Positions 1 to 15,915 are shown, counted from the stretch's first letter. The stretch: 64,000 nucleotides of DNA from Eledone cirrhosa (GCA_964016885.1 OZ024741.1:371690001-371754000); one strand, 5' to 3'. A program made the numbers and translations. Notes: generated by a model not told the origin, from the sequence alone.

Positions 1-235
1 TTGAACCAGTTTTAAACTGGTTAGACCATTACTCAACACGGTAATCAATATTTGGGATAGTAGTGTATGACTATATTAGAAAGAGTCGGGCCCCGACTCT
101 TTGATATATTCTTAGAAGAAAATAGAGAAAAATAATCTTTTTCTTTTCGTTTCGGCAGCGAGGCTACTCATATGTTTATTGTATATAAACATATATAATA
201 CAATACGTTTATGTTTTCATATACAACTATATATA

Positions 236-757
236 CTAGCAGAAAAACCACCAATCGGGTGGTTTTCTGCTAGCATGGTGTAGTGTGTATATTGATATTA
301 TATGCATGTAGATATGATACATCAAATAAAATCGTAATTGACAATATAAACAGAAATTGAATGAAGACTGCGTTACACTCTCTTATGTAATCAATAACGT
401 AATCCATGATACATAAACAAAAAGACGATATTATATATAAACTGCATTAGGAGAAAATTAGTGACGGAAATATATGAATGTTTATTTAAGCGATCGCTAA
501 CCGGAAGTGTTGACAAATAAACAATAAAATATATTTAACCAACAGCTATGAGTTCAAATCCCGCCTAGGTTGACTTTGCCTTTGTCCTTACGGGGTCGAT
601 AAAATAAAGTACCAGTAATGCACTGGGTAATTGCTGGCCTTGTGCCTAAAGTAGAAACAATTATTTATTCAAAGTAATCCTACTTATTTTACTAATGGGA
701 TAAAAAAAATTATAAACCGTACGCAGTCCCGTATTCCTTACTTTATTATAGTTTAGA
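236..757 (-). mobile_element. Probable non-autonomous Helitron (carries a SINE insert)
   Basis: The minus strand starts A|TCTAAACTATAATAAAG (757) and ends CTAG|T (236). A CCACC-cgatt-GGTGG hairpin lies ~8 nt before the CTAG. This fits the 5'-TC / hairpin-CTAG-3' Helitron signature in an AT target. No Rep/Hel ORF. Confidence 0.45.
549..665 (+). mobile_element. tRNA-derived SINE family S1, 3' part
   Basis: B-box GAGTTCAAATCCC, then GACTTTGCCTTT..CCTTACGGGGTCGATAAAATAAAGTACCAG and the tail GTAGAAACAATTATT; matches the full copies at 18008, 31007, 36623, 37166 and 50567. Confidence 0.85.
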
Positions 758-789
758 TATATAAAATAATAATTTTATTTCTCGCTCAA

Positions 790-1086
790 GCACATGATAG
801 AGCACCCGCGAAGAGTGAAAATTCGCAAATATTGAACGTGGTCCATAAAAATGCCTATAAACGTCAAAATATAACGTAAAGCATAGGCCGGCAAATACGG
901 TTTATTGTTACTAATAATTTAGCGTTAAAAAGCGATAATATATATATTGCCACGAAAAAGTCAATAAATAATCGCGCAAGATATTTACGATTCCGCGAAT
1001 GTGCAGTGGTTTCCACGAACAATTATTAGTTAGGTTCTAAGGAAAAGGCCGCGAATAACTGGGACTGCGAATGCCAGGGTACACTG
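790..1086 (-). mobile_element. Tc1/mariner (pogo/Tigger-like) non-autonomous element fragment
   Basis: Terminus TA|CAGTGTACCC at 1086; diverged reverse-complement match to 13580-13968. Confidence 0.55.
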
Positions 1087-1159
<73 letters not shown>

Positions 1160-1360
1160 GGAAAAAATGAAACGAAATTTCATTTCCCACTCTTAGTACG
1201 ACTGTTACTTAAATATAAGTATGTACACGTACATACATATATGTATACAGACGTACAGTAGTATGTATATATATATATACATGCACACATATATATATGT
1301 ACGTATGGATTCACCGAACATTTATTATAATGCTCGGTGTGTTTGTAAACAAACATCCCG
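1160..1360 (+). repeat. Unclassified dispersed repeat in (TA)n
   Basis: AATGAAACGAAATTTCATTTC.CACTCTTAGTACG...GTTTGTAAACAAACA recurs at 12601-12830 and 13057-13160. Confidence 0.6.
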
Positions 1361-1644
1361 TATATATATATATATATATATATACGCAGACACATTTATA
1401 CATACACACACATTAGCTCACTTGTAATTAATAGTTCAGAAATGAATCGCTACTCTATATCTTATATAGTAGCTTGAAGTAGTTTTAGGTGCGGTCAACC
1501 GTTATAGACGGGATTCGTGGTGGTAGCTGAATAATTTAAACAGAAACGACCGGAAACTGGTATATGCCGGCATCACTGCCTCACCCTACTGAGCTGAAAT
1601 TTTTATCTCAGATGTGATTAATCATGGACGATATATTTAGCTCC

Positions 1645-2060
1645 ACTGGGTGTAGTGGTATGACTCGGCTTGCGATCGTATGGTCGTGAATTCGACACCC
1701 AGAGGCGCATTATGTCCTTGAGCAAGACAAAATGGTGAAGGTATTGACGCTGCGGAGAACATCCAGTGACATCAGCCACTTGATCGTGAATTCGATACCC
1801 AGAGACGCATTGTGTCCTTGAGCAAGACAAAATGGCGAAGGTATTGCCACTGCGGAGAACATCTAGTGGCACCCACTACATCAGCCACTCCACGCCACGC
1901 TATGTTATTCTTTCCTCTGTTGTTCTAATCCACTTATTTGTCAAAAATGCGTTGTACCTGTAATTTAAACGGTCTGCTTTGTCACACAGTATGTTGCGCT
2001 AAATCTCCACGAGAACTACGTTAATGGTAAAAGTGTTTGTAAAATGCTCTGACACTTCCC
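1645..2060 (+). mobile_element. tRNA-derived CORE-like SINE (family S2) with an internal ~100-bp duplication
   Basis: tRNA-like head (GTAGTGG...GAATTCGA) and TGTCCTTGAGCAAGACA core, present twice (~1685-1770, ~1785-1870). The 3' body GTACCTGTAATTTAAA..GAGAACTACGTTAA recurs at ~38000-38170, 41170-41270, 41440-41610 and 48780-48830. Confidence 0.6.
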
Positions 2061-2568
2061 AACCGGTGGGCGATTTGAAATATTGGGCAGGCGAGCGATG
2101 AGCAAATGAACAGAAAATGGTGGCCTATATAGGATTTTGAGTATTAAGAAGGTATTTAACCCTATAGCATTTAAACCAGCCGTATCTGGCCAGAATTCTC
2201 TTAGTTTTTTCTGTTCAAACTGGCCCTAACCGGCCGCTCGTTATGGTATTGTTCTCAAAATAAGTAATATCTTGTAGATTCGATATCATGTGAAATAATT
2301 ACGTAAGATAAAGCATGTATCACAAAAATACAATAGTAAATATAGAGAAATATAAATGCTAAAGGGTTAAACATATGCTACTCGAAAAAGATATTCAAAG
2401 GAAATATGCAAAGAACCTGTATAAAGAAGAAAAAAAGCTAAATGGGAATAACGAACCAGGAACAAACTTTTACCAATCTTTTTTGGTATGCTTTTGAATA
2501 TTTACTATACAGGTGGGTGGTGGAAAATTTTTCCATGTGATGACACAAAATAGGTTGGGAACACCTGA
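2051..2568. mobile_element. Degenerate hAT-like MITE hosting a piggyBac-like MITE
   Basis: Imperfect TIRs CTTCCCAACC (~2055) and GGTTGGGAACACCTG (~2554-2568). Confidence 0.35.
2156..2370. mobile_element. piggyBac-like MITE
   Basis: TTAA|CCCTATAGCATTT ... AAATGCTAAAGGG|TTAA: TTAA target duplication, CCC/GGG termini, 13-bp TIR with one mismatch. Confidence 0.7.
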
Positions 2569-2908
2569 ACTAAATGAAAGAGAAACTGCCGGTGTTTATA
2601 TCTACTAATATCAGTGCTTCACTGCAGTTCTTATAATCCTTCTCCGTAGAGAGTTAGATTCAAAATTTCTTCTGTGTATTACGAAGAGAAAATAAGGCAG
2701 TGACGATGATCATCAGATCATTCTAAAGAAATATTTCCATTGGTTGAAACAGTTCCGATGCTACCTGTTGGTCGTGATATCCAGTGTTCATAACCATGCT
2801 CTCACGAAACATACCAAGAGACCCATGTACATACATGCATACACGTATATATATATAGACACATACATAATATATACACACACACATACGCATATACACA
2901 CACATATA

Positions 2909-3044
<136 letters not shown>

Positions 3045-3160
3045 TATAGACATAGAATATTCGAAAATATTCTGTATGTTTATAATAAACATTTTGAAGA
3101 CCTAATCGCTATAGAATAGAATACGTCACGTATTACAATTAGATTCTCGACAAAAGCAAG

Positions 3161-3213
3161 GGAAGTAATCTACGCGTTTCATTCTTGTTAGAAATCATCA
3201 GGACTACATATCC
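3161..3213 (-). ncRNA. Minimal type I hammerhead ribozyme (inverted copy)
   Basis: Exact reverse complement of 3271-3323. Confidence 0.8.
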
Positions 3214-3270
3214 AGTGCTTTTATCGAGAATGACACAGTCTCTAGCTGTGTCATTCTCGATAAAAGCACT

Positions 3271-3323
3271 GGATATGTAGTCCTGATGATTTCTAACAAG
3301 AATGAAACGCGTAGATTACTTCC
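3271..3323 (+). ncRNA. Minimal type I hammerhead ribozyme
   Basis: GUAGUC-CUGAUGA-U-UUCU(AACA)AGAA-U-GAAAC-GC-GUA-GAUUAC: stem I GUAGUC/GAUUAC, 4-bp stem II, palindromic stem III ACGCGU, GUA cleavage triplet. Confidence 0.8.
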
Positions 3324-3472
3324 CTTGCTTTTGTCGAGAATCTAATTGTAATACGTGACGTATTCTATTCTATAGCGATTAGGTCTTCAAAATGTTTATT
3401 ATAAACATACAGAATATTTTCGAATATTCTATGTCTATATTCACATATATATCGCTATTTCAGAGCATTTAT

Positions 3473-3520
<48 letters not shown>

Positions 3521-3825
3521 TAATATGTAAGTGATGAAACACAGATACCAACACATCTGTATATATATTGCAAAAGAAAAATTTAGCCAGATTGAAGTAT
3601 ACTAATTATTATACTACAGTTTGTCCATATCGATTTAAAATAATAAATCAACGGAGACGAACTGTATTGGCAAAAGGCCGTGATGTTTAGACACATTTAA
3701 ATTTCAAAATCAAACCTGTTCCGTAGATAAGTTTAGACTTTAAGATCCAAATATGTTACTGTATATATATATACAGTTTAGACTTTAAGATCCAAATATG
3801 TTACTGTATATATATATACAGTACA

Positions 3826-4196
3826 TACACTCAGGTCCCAAACAATAGAGGGGTTGGAATAAGAAGGGGAGTTCGAATAAGCGGGGGTGGGGCATCGGTA
3901 ATTTTTCTAGGTTGTCTCCGTTGAGCTTTTTAAAAACCAGAATTAGTCGTTTAGTTTACATATTGAGAACACAACTTATCCTATTTATTTTATCAAGTAT
4001 GGGATTTCTTGTAGAGTTCTTTTTTTGTCGTGTGTAATGTTTTTTAATGTATAAAGAAAATTAATTGTCGCTGGAATGCTACCACGTAAAATAAAATTTC
4101 ACCTGAGATAGATTAGCAAAAGTTAATAAGCGGGGGGGGGGGGGTGAAAAACTGATAAGCGGGTGGGGAGGGGTGATTATTCGAGACCCGAGAGTA
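3826..4196. mobile_element. MITE with ~21-bp imperfect TIRs
   Basis: TACACTCAGGTCCCAAACAAT vs the reverse complement of ATTATTCGAGACCCGAGAGTA; internal AATAAGCGGGGG subrepeats. Confidence 0.5.
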
Positions 4197-4329
4197 CATA
4201 TACAATAAACATATGAGTAGCTTCACTACCGAAAAACATTTTTTTCTCTATTTTTTCTTTACGTATGTATCACAGTTATGGGTATGCTCTGAGAATGTCA
4301 GACAGCACTGTGTCAAGCTTTGTTAATCT

Positions 4330-5010
4330 CTCATCAGTGACACTCACTCAAAACAGCTCAGCCCCTCTCTTAATACGAACATCCCGCACAGAATCGAAGA
4401 GATCAGAGACAATAACAAAATGAATTATTGATCTCTGTCCCTGATTCCGTTTATACCATGTATATTTCTGGATGTCTCTGTGCTGGGAGAAGGTGTTCAT
4501 AATATAGAGTCTATTGCTAGAACAGAAGTCTAATAAGGCTTCTCTATTTGTATTTATATCGGGGTCGCCATTCCTTCCAATCACTCCTTTCCATGTTAGG
4601 TTGTCAGTGCCAACAAGTGCATTGAGTCTCACATCAAGATATATGACTCGGTCTTAACTACAGCTAATGTTGCAGTGACTTTATCTAGGAAGGACCTGTA
4701 TTCGGACTCCTTGTTTGATGCATGAACTTGCACCCCGCACAGAGACCTATCTTTTAGCCTAAGCTTCAAGAGGCAAATCCCCCTTCCTAACGAGATCCAT
4801 TCAATAACATATTCTTACAACCGGGTGCTTGTGGGTATCCCCACTCCTGCCTGTGCATTTATTTCTGGCACCACACCGGAATAGTGGCGTTTCCATCCTC
4901 CATCCGAATCTACAGTACTAGAGCTACGGAATTATTTTTAGGAAACCTTGACTATATCTAGCCGGAAGCATCCAGCCTCCTCGATGTGCCAGATTACAAT
5001 TTTCATGGTT
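4330..5010 (-). pseudogene. LINE (RTE-like) apurinic endonuclease domain, disrupted
   Basis: ORF 4348-4632 reads GVIGRNG..N.N.E.LLDFC..N.L.IMNTF.QHR...KYTW..SIIHFVIV..VRDVR..RGA (APE C-terminal motifs). Upstream frames give GWKRHYSGV..AQAGVGI. Stops and frameshifts present. Confidence 0.8.
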
Positions 5011-5474
5011 TGCTCCCTTCCGAACCCTTTCTGGGGTCTCGGGATACGCAATCTTTGTACATCCATCCCATGCCTCCCAGGACAGGTCGCAGGCCTATCG
5101 CCAGTTTTTACAGCATGAAATGGAGACTCTAATATATTTTTCGAACAGACCCCTCTACCTACGGCCTGAACGACTCCATTGTTAACCCACTCGAAGAACG
5201 ATGTGTTATGATGTTTTTCTTTACCTCTCACCATAATGCAGTTTGGGAGGTCTTATTCGCGCCAGTCACCAATCTGGCATTTTCTCAAACTCTCGAAGAC
5301 TAGGCTTTTTTAGAGTTGTCAGAATTTTCTCGGGAGTTACAGGTATCACCCATTGCTCCATCCCCCCTACTAGTTTACTTCTGTTGATCCGGGGTTTCTT
5401 ATTCGTGCGGCAGCTGCCCACTTATATCGCAACTAACCATCATATCTGGTGGCTGTTACGCTATCCGCTACCTG

Positions 5475-5520
5475 CGGCTAGTGGCCTAATGGGTAAAGCG
5501 TCTGACTTCGAATCATTAGA
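5475..5520 (+). pseudogene. 5' half of a tRNA-Arg(TCG)-like sequence (pseudogene or SINE head fragment)
   Basis: GTGGCCTAATGGGTAAAGCGTCTGACTTCGAATCA resembles the eukaryotic tRNA-Arg D arm and anticodon arm (CT-TCG-AA). No T arm follows. Confidence 0.55.
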
Positions 5521-6274
5521 AAATTCAGTTATTTACAATATATATGAATATATATGAACTGCCAGCTTCTATGAGTAAGCTGAACAACTGCAAGATTCAT
5601 CGTCGAAACGTACGGAGATAGATTTACTTTTACTTTATCTTAGATATAGATGTGTGTATAAACAACTAACAGAACGACAGAAAAAGTAGTATGAGGATAG
5701 AAGCTTTTGATTTAAAGATTTCTTCACGAGAGGGCGTTAGTTTATCCCGACCAAACGACCTCACTGAACTTGACAGCTTGATAATATCCCCTCAAAATTT
5801 GTCCCTAAATCGGCCGTTTTTCTTTTCTGCTTCAATATCATGAACGCCCTCTGTGTATTCTAGCGTCTCATTCCACCCGGTTTACATTCACAACACCCTC
5901 CTATGTCCTACGTTACAAGTAGACAACCCCCACCACCCTCACTCATGCTACAAAGAATGTGAACATCTTCCCTTACACACTAAATGCTGGCACATCTTCA
6001 TGTCACCTGCTTCCTCCTGCGACCCCTCCTCCCCCACCTTATCCTCCTCCCCTTCCTCATCATCCCCCTCCTCCCTTTCCTCATCATCCCCCACCTCCTC
6101 CGTCTCCCGTTTTTAGAGAAAGACAAGGGTGTAAACAGTAAGAAACTTATACTAAACATTTCAAAATCCAATGCAGAAGCCTCTAGTTGATCGCTTGATC
6201 TGCTAGAAACAGTAACCAGTCTTCTAAAATTACACATAATCGTCTTATATTTGAAACGTTTCACTCAGGTACAA

Positions 6275-6279
6275 ATATA

Positions 6280-6342
<63 letters not shown>

Positions 6343-6424
6343 TACACATAAAGAGGCACACGCGCATATGTATATATGTATGTGTGTGTGTGTGTGCATA
6401 TATATATGTATATATATATATAGA

Positions 6425-6502
<78 letters not shown>

Positions 6503-7124
6503 GGTATATATGTATATATAAATATATGATATATATATATATGCATGCATAGATTTTATTGTACACACATAGATATAAGCATATATTAATATACATTCAA
6601 ATATCAATTACATATGCGCGAACCCATTTTTATGCATACATAGAGCTTTTAGTTTGTTTTACTTACATATCATACATACACACACACATACATGCATACA
6701 CATACACATATAGATACATGCATACATACATACACACACACATACATGCATACACATACACATATAGATACATACATACACACACACATACATACATTCA
6801 CACATACATACACACACATATATATACATACATACATGCATACATACATACATACATACATAAAAACACAAACATACATACATACTCACATATATACATA
6901 CATACATACACATACATACATATATACATATACACACATACATACATACATACACACACATACATACATATACACACATACATATACACACATACATACA
7001 CATACATACATACATATACACACACATACATACACACACATACATACACACATACATACGTACATACACACACACATACATACGTACATACATACATACA
7101 TACATACATACATACATACATACA

Positions 7125-7157
<33 letters not shown>
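6275..7157. repeat. Compound (TA)n/(TG)n/(CATA)n microsatellite tract
   Basis: Seen directly; it explains the YIYI/HTYI/VCMY ORFs. Confidence 0.95.
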
Positions 7158-7158
<1 letters not shown>

Positions 7159-7470
7159 AACCTTGCTAAACACTCAAGAGAACAACCATCCCTTAGCCTC
7201 TTCACAAGGTTCAACTGACTAACCCTATTTTCCAAAATGTCTCTACCATACACATGCCTTATATTAAATATCTTCCATTTGGTTACTGACCTTAACACAT
7301 AAGCTGAAGGTGGGACCTTGTTCTTTTATATCTTAGATGAACATTAGATGTGTGTTTCTGTGTTTTCCTGTGTACGTATTTGTATACATGTGTATGTGTA
7401 TGTATATTTGTGTGCGTCTTCCTATGAGTTTCTGTATGCGTTCGTATATGAGATTCCCTTTACGCATGTG

Positions 7471-7502
<32 letters not shown>

Positions 7503-7574
7503 CAGGGTAGCCCAAAAATGTATACACATTTTTATTAGAATGTTGTTGAAGAGTGTATACATCTTTTTCGGACA

Positions 7575-7578
<4 letters not shown>
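7503..7578. mobile_element. Short Tc1/mariner-type MITE
   Basis: TA|CAGGGTAGCCCAAAAATGTATACAC ... GTGTATACATCTTTTTCGGACAC; same TIR family as 15314-15411. Confidence 0.6.
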
Positions 7579-8013
<435 letters not shown>

Positions 8014-8024
8014 TATATATATAT

Positions 8025-8485
8025 GTAGGCTGTCCTGGGTATGACATTAAACTGTATCCAGTGGCAAGGCTCCAGTTCGAGAGTTCAGGAGTTGTGGGGA
8101 ATGTGGTTTGACTCCTTAGTTGTCTTCACTCCCAGGTCTGCTCTGGCCCGGAGTAGTAGTACCTCTTAGGGCCCCATTTATGGGATAATAATTACCTTAT
8201 TCCAGTGGTACCGGTAAGGTATTATCAGCCATTGAAAAGGACCAATCTCGAGAAATTTACCCGCCCTAGATAGATGGATATATAACGTGCAGTTACTGTA
8301 GGTTCACCCGAGTGAGCACTTGATGCGTAGTTTCCAGATTCTGTCACCACCACAGCAGAGATCCGACGAGCTTTTGATTCCAGAGTCTGGCTAGATCGAT
8401 ACAGCTGATGAGCTGATCAATAGCGAAACGTGCGTCACTAGTCAATAAACGTAATGAAGTCATAACAAATCATTCTGTTTATCAT
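8025..8485 (+). mobile_element. SINE-like dispersed repeat ending in a hammerhead core and AATAAA
   Basis: Near-identical copy at 10488-10950. CTGATGA-GCT(GATCAAT)AGC-GAAAC-GTGC-GTC at 8405-8436, AATAAA at 8444, then (TA)n. Stem I is imperfect. Confidence 0.55.
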
Positions 8486-8498
8486 ATATATATATATA

Positions 8499-8600
8499 CG
8501 CCGAGGTTAACTTTGCCTTTCATCCTTACGGGGTCGATAAAATAAAGTACCAGTAATGTACTGAGTAATTGCTGGCCTTGTGCCAAATGTAGAAACAATA
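8499..8600 (+). mobile_element. SINE S1 3' fragment
   Basis: CGCCGAGGTTAACTTTGCCTTTCATCC...GTAGAAACAAT; absent from the duplicated segment at ~10950. Confidence 0.85.
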
Positions 8601-9533
8601 TATATATATTTATTAAAATAACAGATTAAAGTTTAAGCAAAGAATCGCTGCTTTCACCCTTAATGGGATCTTCTGAAACTAACAAAGTCAATCTGTAAAC
8701 GCAGAACTGGATATTTCAAAAAACGTTGCAACCGGAGGAAGAGAGGAAGACGATACTTTGGTTCGTGGAAATGTTCCCTGGCAAAGAACGGGAAAAAACG
8801 AATATAATACGTCATTAATAGGAGCGGTGAAAAACAATTACGCGCAAAGACAGAACCACGTTTATGGTATAAAAGAGGTCGTAGACTAATGTTCTCTTAG
8901 GTGGTTCATAGAGACGTTCTCTGGCAATGAACGAAAAAAACGAAGATAATACGTCATAAGTGGAACATGGAAATCAATAGTACGCAAAGACAAAACCACG
9001 TAAACGGTGTAGCAGAAGTCGGAGACTAAAATTTTTTTATATATTCTGGTACATATGGTTTGGCTATGTGTATACGGGAGTTTCGCGTCTGTGTGAGTAT
9101 GCAGGTTCGTACGTATGTAGGGTGTGTGTATATGTGTACTTCATGTTTTGGTTGACTTATGTCTCCGAATATTCGTGTATTTACATGTAGGTATGTGTGT
9201 GCGCTTGTTATATACGTATTTATTTATTTATATACGTTTATATATTTATTTATTTATTTGTATACACGCACACACACACACACACATATTTATATGTGCA
9301 TGGTTTTGTATACCTATGGTAAGTGTTTTGCGTATGCTTGTGTATGTACGCATTTGTTTGCGTGTATGTTTTTATTTATTTCTATTACTTCTGTATTGTA
9401 TTTATTTACTTTGTTCTTAACGATATTTATATTGTGTAACTATATTTATCCCATTACAGAAACTAATTAGTTGGAGTGAAAATTTTAGTAAGTAAGTTAA
9501 TTTTTAATTTTTAAAATTTTCTTATTTTACGTC

Positions 9534-9616
<83 letters not shown>

Positions 9617-9701
9617 AAAGTTTTATTTAAGATTGTTGGGTTACAACGAGTAAATATTTTATAACTGATATAAAAGCACTCGACAATTTCTGGAGTAGGT
9701 T

Positions 9702-10067
9702 TACGATATTAAACAAATGGAAACTATATTTATAAAACCATATTTATTTCATTATATATATTTCTGGGATATCATATTAAAAATATGTTATGCCTTCCTC
9801 AGACAAAATACAATACATAAGCTGTTTTATAAATAATTAGTGACATACCTTTTGAGAATGCAACTATCATAACAGTTTGACTACCAAATCAACTTTTTTA
9901 AAAGGAAGTTGCATTCTCAAAAGGTATGTCACTAATTATTTATAAAACAGCTTATGTATTGTATTTTGTCTGAGGAAGGCATAACATATTTTTAATATGA
10001 TATCCCAGAAATATATATAACGAAATAAATATGGTTTTATAAATATAGTTTCCATTTGTTTAATATC

Positions 10068-10070
<3 letters not shown>
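9702..10070. mobile_element. Fold-back PLE remnant (family H2) with a hammerhead in each arm
   Basis: Arms 9702-9865 / 9907-10070 with a 41-nt spacer. The + strand 9962-10027 reads UAUUUUGU-CUGAGGA-stem II-GAAA-UAUAUA-UA-ACGAAAUA. Confidence 0.7.
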
Positions 10071-11307
<1,237 letters not shown>

Positions 11308-11310
<3 letters not shown>

Positions 11311-11420
11311 TCCTCAACAAGTAAACTTGGTGGGGTTGCCGGTTTAGTCGCCGACGCTCCGACCATGCGACAGGTTGTACTAGGTTACATGTTACCAGTA
11401 GCACTCAAGAGTGACCCGAC
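11308..11420 (-). mobile_element. 5' terminus fragment of the RTE-derived family (variant C)
   Basis: Homologous to 12285-12396 and 20650-20756; abuts (CATA)n. Confidence 0.7.
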
Positions 11421-11439
11421 ATACATACATACATACGTA

Positions 11440-12607
<1,168 letters not shown>

Positions 12608-13269
12608 ATGTAACGAAACTTCATTTCTCACTCTTAGTACGGCTGATACTTAAATGTAAGTATGTATTTATACGTACATACATATATGTATCCAGACGTA
12701 CAGTAGTATGTATATATATATATATATATATATACATACATGCACACATATATATATATATATATATACGTATGGGTTTACCGAACATTTATTATAATGT
12801 TCGGTTTGTTTGTAAACAAACAGCCCGAATTACGCCGTACAGTGTTCAGGCAACCATCGTCGCCTTTTTGTTCAACACTGACACAGGAATGATGTACTAG
12901 TTTCAAGCTTATTAGCTATCGTCAGCATCGTATACCTTCCTGCCAGATGATTGAACGTCTGATAGTATATACTTTCCTTATGCATCTTAACGGCTGAGCA
13001 GCCTAATTTGCATATCGCGTGAGTTAGTCGGCTGGGCGCACCGAAAACGATATATGGAAAAGAATGAAACGAAATTTCATTTCTCACTCTTAGTACGGCA
13101 CTTACTTAAATGTAAGTATGTATAAGTACATACATATATGTATACAGACGTACAGTAGTATGTATATATATATATATACTACTACAGTATATATATACAT
13201 ATATATATATATATGAAATATATCACGTACATACATATCACGCATACATATGGGAAAAAAGTCATATAG

Positions 13270-13485
13270 GAGGATTGGCAGAATTGGTACAGCGTCGGAC
13301 ACATTCCGTTGTAGTATTTGATTACTTTTTGCATTCTCATCTCAAATCCCACCGAGCTCAACATTGCCTTTAATCCCTCCGGAAACGATGAAATGAAGTA
13401 CCAGTAAAGAACTAGGGCTGATTTACTCGGCTTTCCCATTCCCCAAATTACTGGCCTTCTGCCAATGTTAAAAATAATTATTATT
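13270..13485 (+). mobile_element. Diverged SINE S1-related copy
   Basis: GGATTGGCAGAATTGGTA...CAAATCCCACCGAG...TGCCTTTAATCC...AAGTACCAG...AATTATT. Confidence 0.65.
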
Positions 13486-13579
13486 ACTATAGCAACAACT
13501 AAGCTTATATCATTGGGCAAGATTCCCTATAATAATATCTATCCTCTACTTTCCTTAGCTATAGAGTACTATATATATA

Positions 13580-13968
13580 CAGTGTACCCCGGCATTCCCG
13601 GCTCTGGCATTCGCGGCCCCGGCTACTCGCGGAATTTTCCTCAGAACCTAACTAATAATTGTTCGTGGAAACCACCACATATTCGCGGTATCGTAAATAT
13701 ATTCCGCGATATTTTTAAGACTTTTTTAGTGGCAATATATATTTTTTCACGCTTTTTAACGCTAAATTATTAATAACTGTTTCTACTTTTGGCACAAGGA
13801 CAGCAATTACCCAGTGTATTACTGGTACTTTATTTTATCGACCCCGTATTGCTGGGCTATATTTTACGTTATTTTTTAAGTGTATACTCATTTTTATGAA
13901 CCACGTCCAATATTCGCGATTTGTTCACTCTTCGCGGGTACTCTAGGAACGTAACACCCGCAAATACC
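13580..13968 (+). mobile_element. pogo/Tigger-like non-autonomous element with an S1 fragment (13775-13847, minus strand) inserted
   Basis: TA|CAGTGTACCCC terminus; homologous to 790-1086. Confidence 0.55.
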
Positions 13969-14033
13969 GATTTCTTACGAATGAAACAGTTCTAGTCCTG
14001 TAAAAGTCATTTCTATAATAAAATAAACATATA

Positions 14034-14079
<46 letters not shown>

Positions 14080-14553
14080 CGTGCGTATATGTGACGTGTG
14101 TCACATTCACATTACCAAAAGGTTGCAAAAGGGGTCTTTAGCAATGTGTTTTATGTCAACCCTTGCAAAACATTTTATTTTATTTTACTTTATTAGCTTT
14201 TTTCTTCTTTGCACCCAGTACTCTCCTTCAGCCCTCCTAAACCCCTGCTATGCCACACATCGTACAGGCAACCTAAATACGATAAAAAAAGAAGGTTCTG
14301 AAGCCATCTTCAGCGAATCATCAGATGCTACCAGTAATAGATTAGACTCAGAAGTTAATTCAAATAGCCTGTGGGGCATCTGATATCCCTGTACAACTGG
14401 TGTAACGTGATATGTTATACTTATCGGCGCAAAATTTATGTATATAGGAATAAACATCGTGAATGTAGAGGCGGAATAGGGGTGTAGTATGGAGGAATAG
14501 AGGTTAATGGTTGGGTCAAGTGAGCGGTGAGAGTGTTTTGAACTACAATATGC

Positions 14554-14588
<35 letters not shown>

Positions 14589-14589
<1 letters not shown>

Positions 14590-14932
14590 CGGCGATGAAT
14601 TAGTTTTGCGAGGTTTTTTATATGAAATCGTGTGTCGAAACAAATATTGTTATACTTGGGGAGGGTCATATTTGTGTAATATTGCCAGAATGAATAACAG
14701 AACACACCCACTGTTTGGTTGGTTTTCGCTTCTCGCTGTCTTTTATATCGGTAATCTAACTTACTCGGTCCTCAATGTTGCCATTGACTGACCGACGGTC
14801 AAAAATAATACAGATACAATATAGACACAAACACATATATATAGTTTATCATAAATCTTTCGTTGCACATCTGCAACATCGTCAGTGGTGTTATATTTTC
14901 CTCCTGTTGTGTTGTATGTCTACGCCATTTTT
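14589..14932 (-). mobile_element. Solo pLTR of the PLE at 27025-29183, with hammerhead core
   Basis: Near-identical to 27026-27360 and (TA)n-flanked. CUGACGA-U-GUUGCA(GAUG)UGCAAC-GAAAG-AU-UUA at ~14850-14890 (minus strand). Confidence 0.85.
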
Positions 14933-15142
14933 TATATATATATATATATATAAAGATAATTTAACGGAGCCATAGACTCGTTATTCTTTGAATTTGTACG
15001 TGTGTGTTATATAGTTATAGAGGTGCGTATGCGCATTTTAATTTATATTTTTAATTATTGTGTCTACCCTGATTTCCATAGGTTATAGATTCCATACACT
15101 GGTGGTTTCCCTGTTTTATTGATGGCACACACACACACACAC

Positions 15143-15173
<31 letters not shown>

Positions 15174-15189
15174 AGTGTGTTGCCCTTTC

Positions 15190-15284
<95 letters not shown>

Positions 15285-15313
15285 CGATATATATATATAT
15301 ATATATATATATT

Positions 15314-15411
15314 GGGTGTCCCAAAAAATGTATACACACTTCAGCACCATTCTAGAAAATATTTCCTGTACAGGTAATCAAAGTGTGTATACATTTTTGG
15401 GGGACACCCTG
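15314..15411. mobile_element. ~100-bp Tc1/mariner-type MITE
   Basis: GGGTGTCCCAAAAAATGTATACACAC / GTGTGTATACATTTTTGGGGGACACCCTG|TA. Confidence 0.75.
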
Positions 15412-15522
15412 TATATATACATATTTATGAATATATTATATACATAGTTTTTTAAAAAAAAGTCACTCGACAAAATATCCATTCCATCTCCGTCCCACCC
15501 TACCCCTACCCCCAACCCATGG

Positions 15523-15574
<52 letters not shown>

Positions 15575-15580
15575 ATATAT

Positions 15581-15744
15581 ATAGGAAAATGTTCAAGACC
15601 CTGACGGCAGAGCTCAAGCCGTTTCGACGGCTTGAGCTCTGCCGTCGGGGTCTTGAACATTTTCCTATTACCCACTCTACTACCTTAAGTATTGAGTAGT
15701 CTGGTGCGTTATGGTTCACCTGGTTCCTTACCACACTCCCTTCG

Positions 15745-15750
<6 letters not shown>
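15581..15750 (+). mobile_element. Micro fold-back PLE-like remnant (family H3)
   Basis: ~42-bp inverted arms around TTCG, then an ~80-nt tail ending CCTTCGTTATAT; family members at 25575-25720 and 38505-38695. Confidence 0.6.
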
Positions 15751-15790
<40 letters not shown>

Positions 15791-15915
15791 GAGGGTTTTT
15801 TTACAAAATGAAAAATAACCGAGGTGTTCTACACGAGTGAAAGTATAAAGAAAAAAAGATAAAATCGAAAATGCAACTGGAGCCTTAGTTGAAACAAAAA
15901 AAAAATTATTTGGTT

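Noticed and set aside
5475-5520. Functional tRNA-Arg gene
   Set aside because: Only the D arm and anticodon arm are present; the T arm, B-box and 3' acceptor strand are missing.
5959-6190. Proline/histidine-rich ORF resembling a formin or extensin segment
   Set aside because: Low-complexity (CCT/CAT) tract open in several frames on both strands, with no supporting exon context.
8641-8685. Hammerhead on the minus strand (also ~10996-11040)
   Set aside because: The core reads CAGAAGA/CAGTAGA and stem III/NUH do not form; at most a dead relic.
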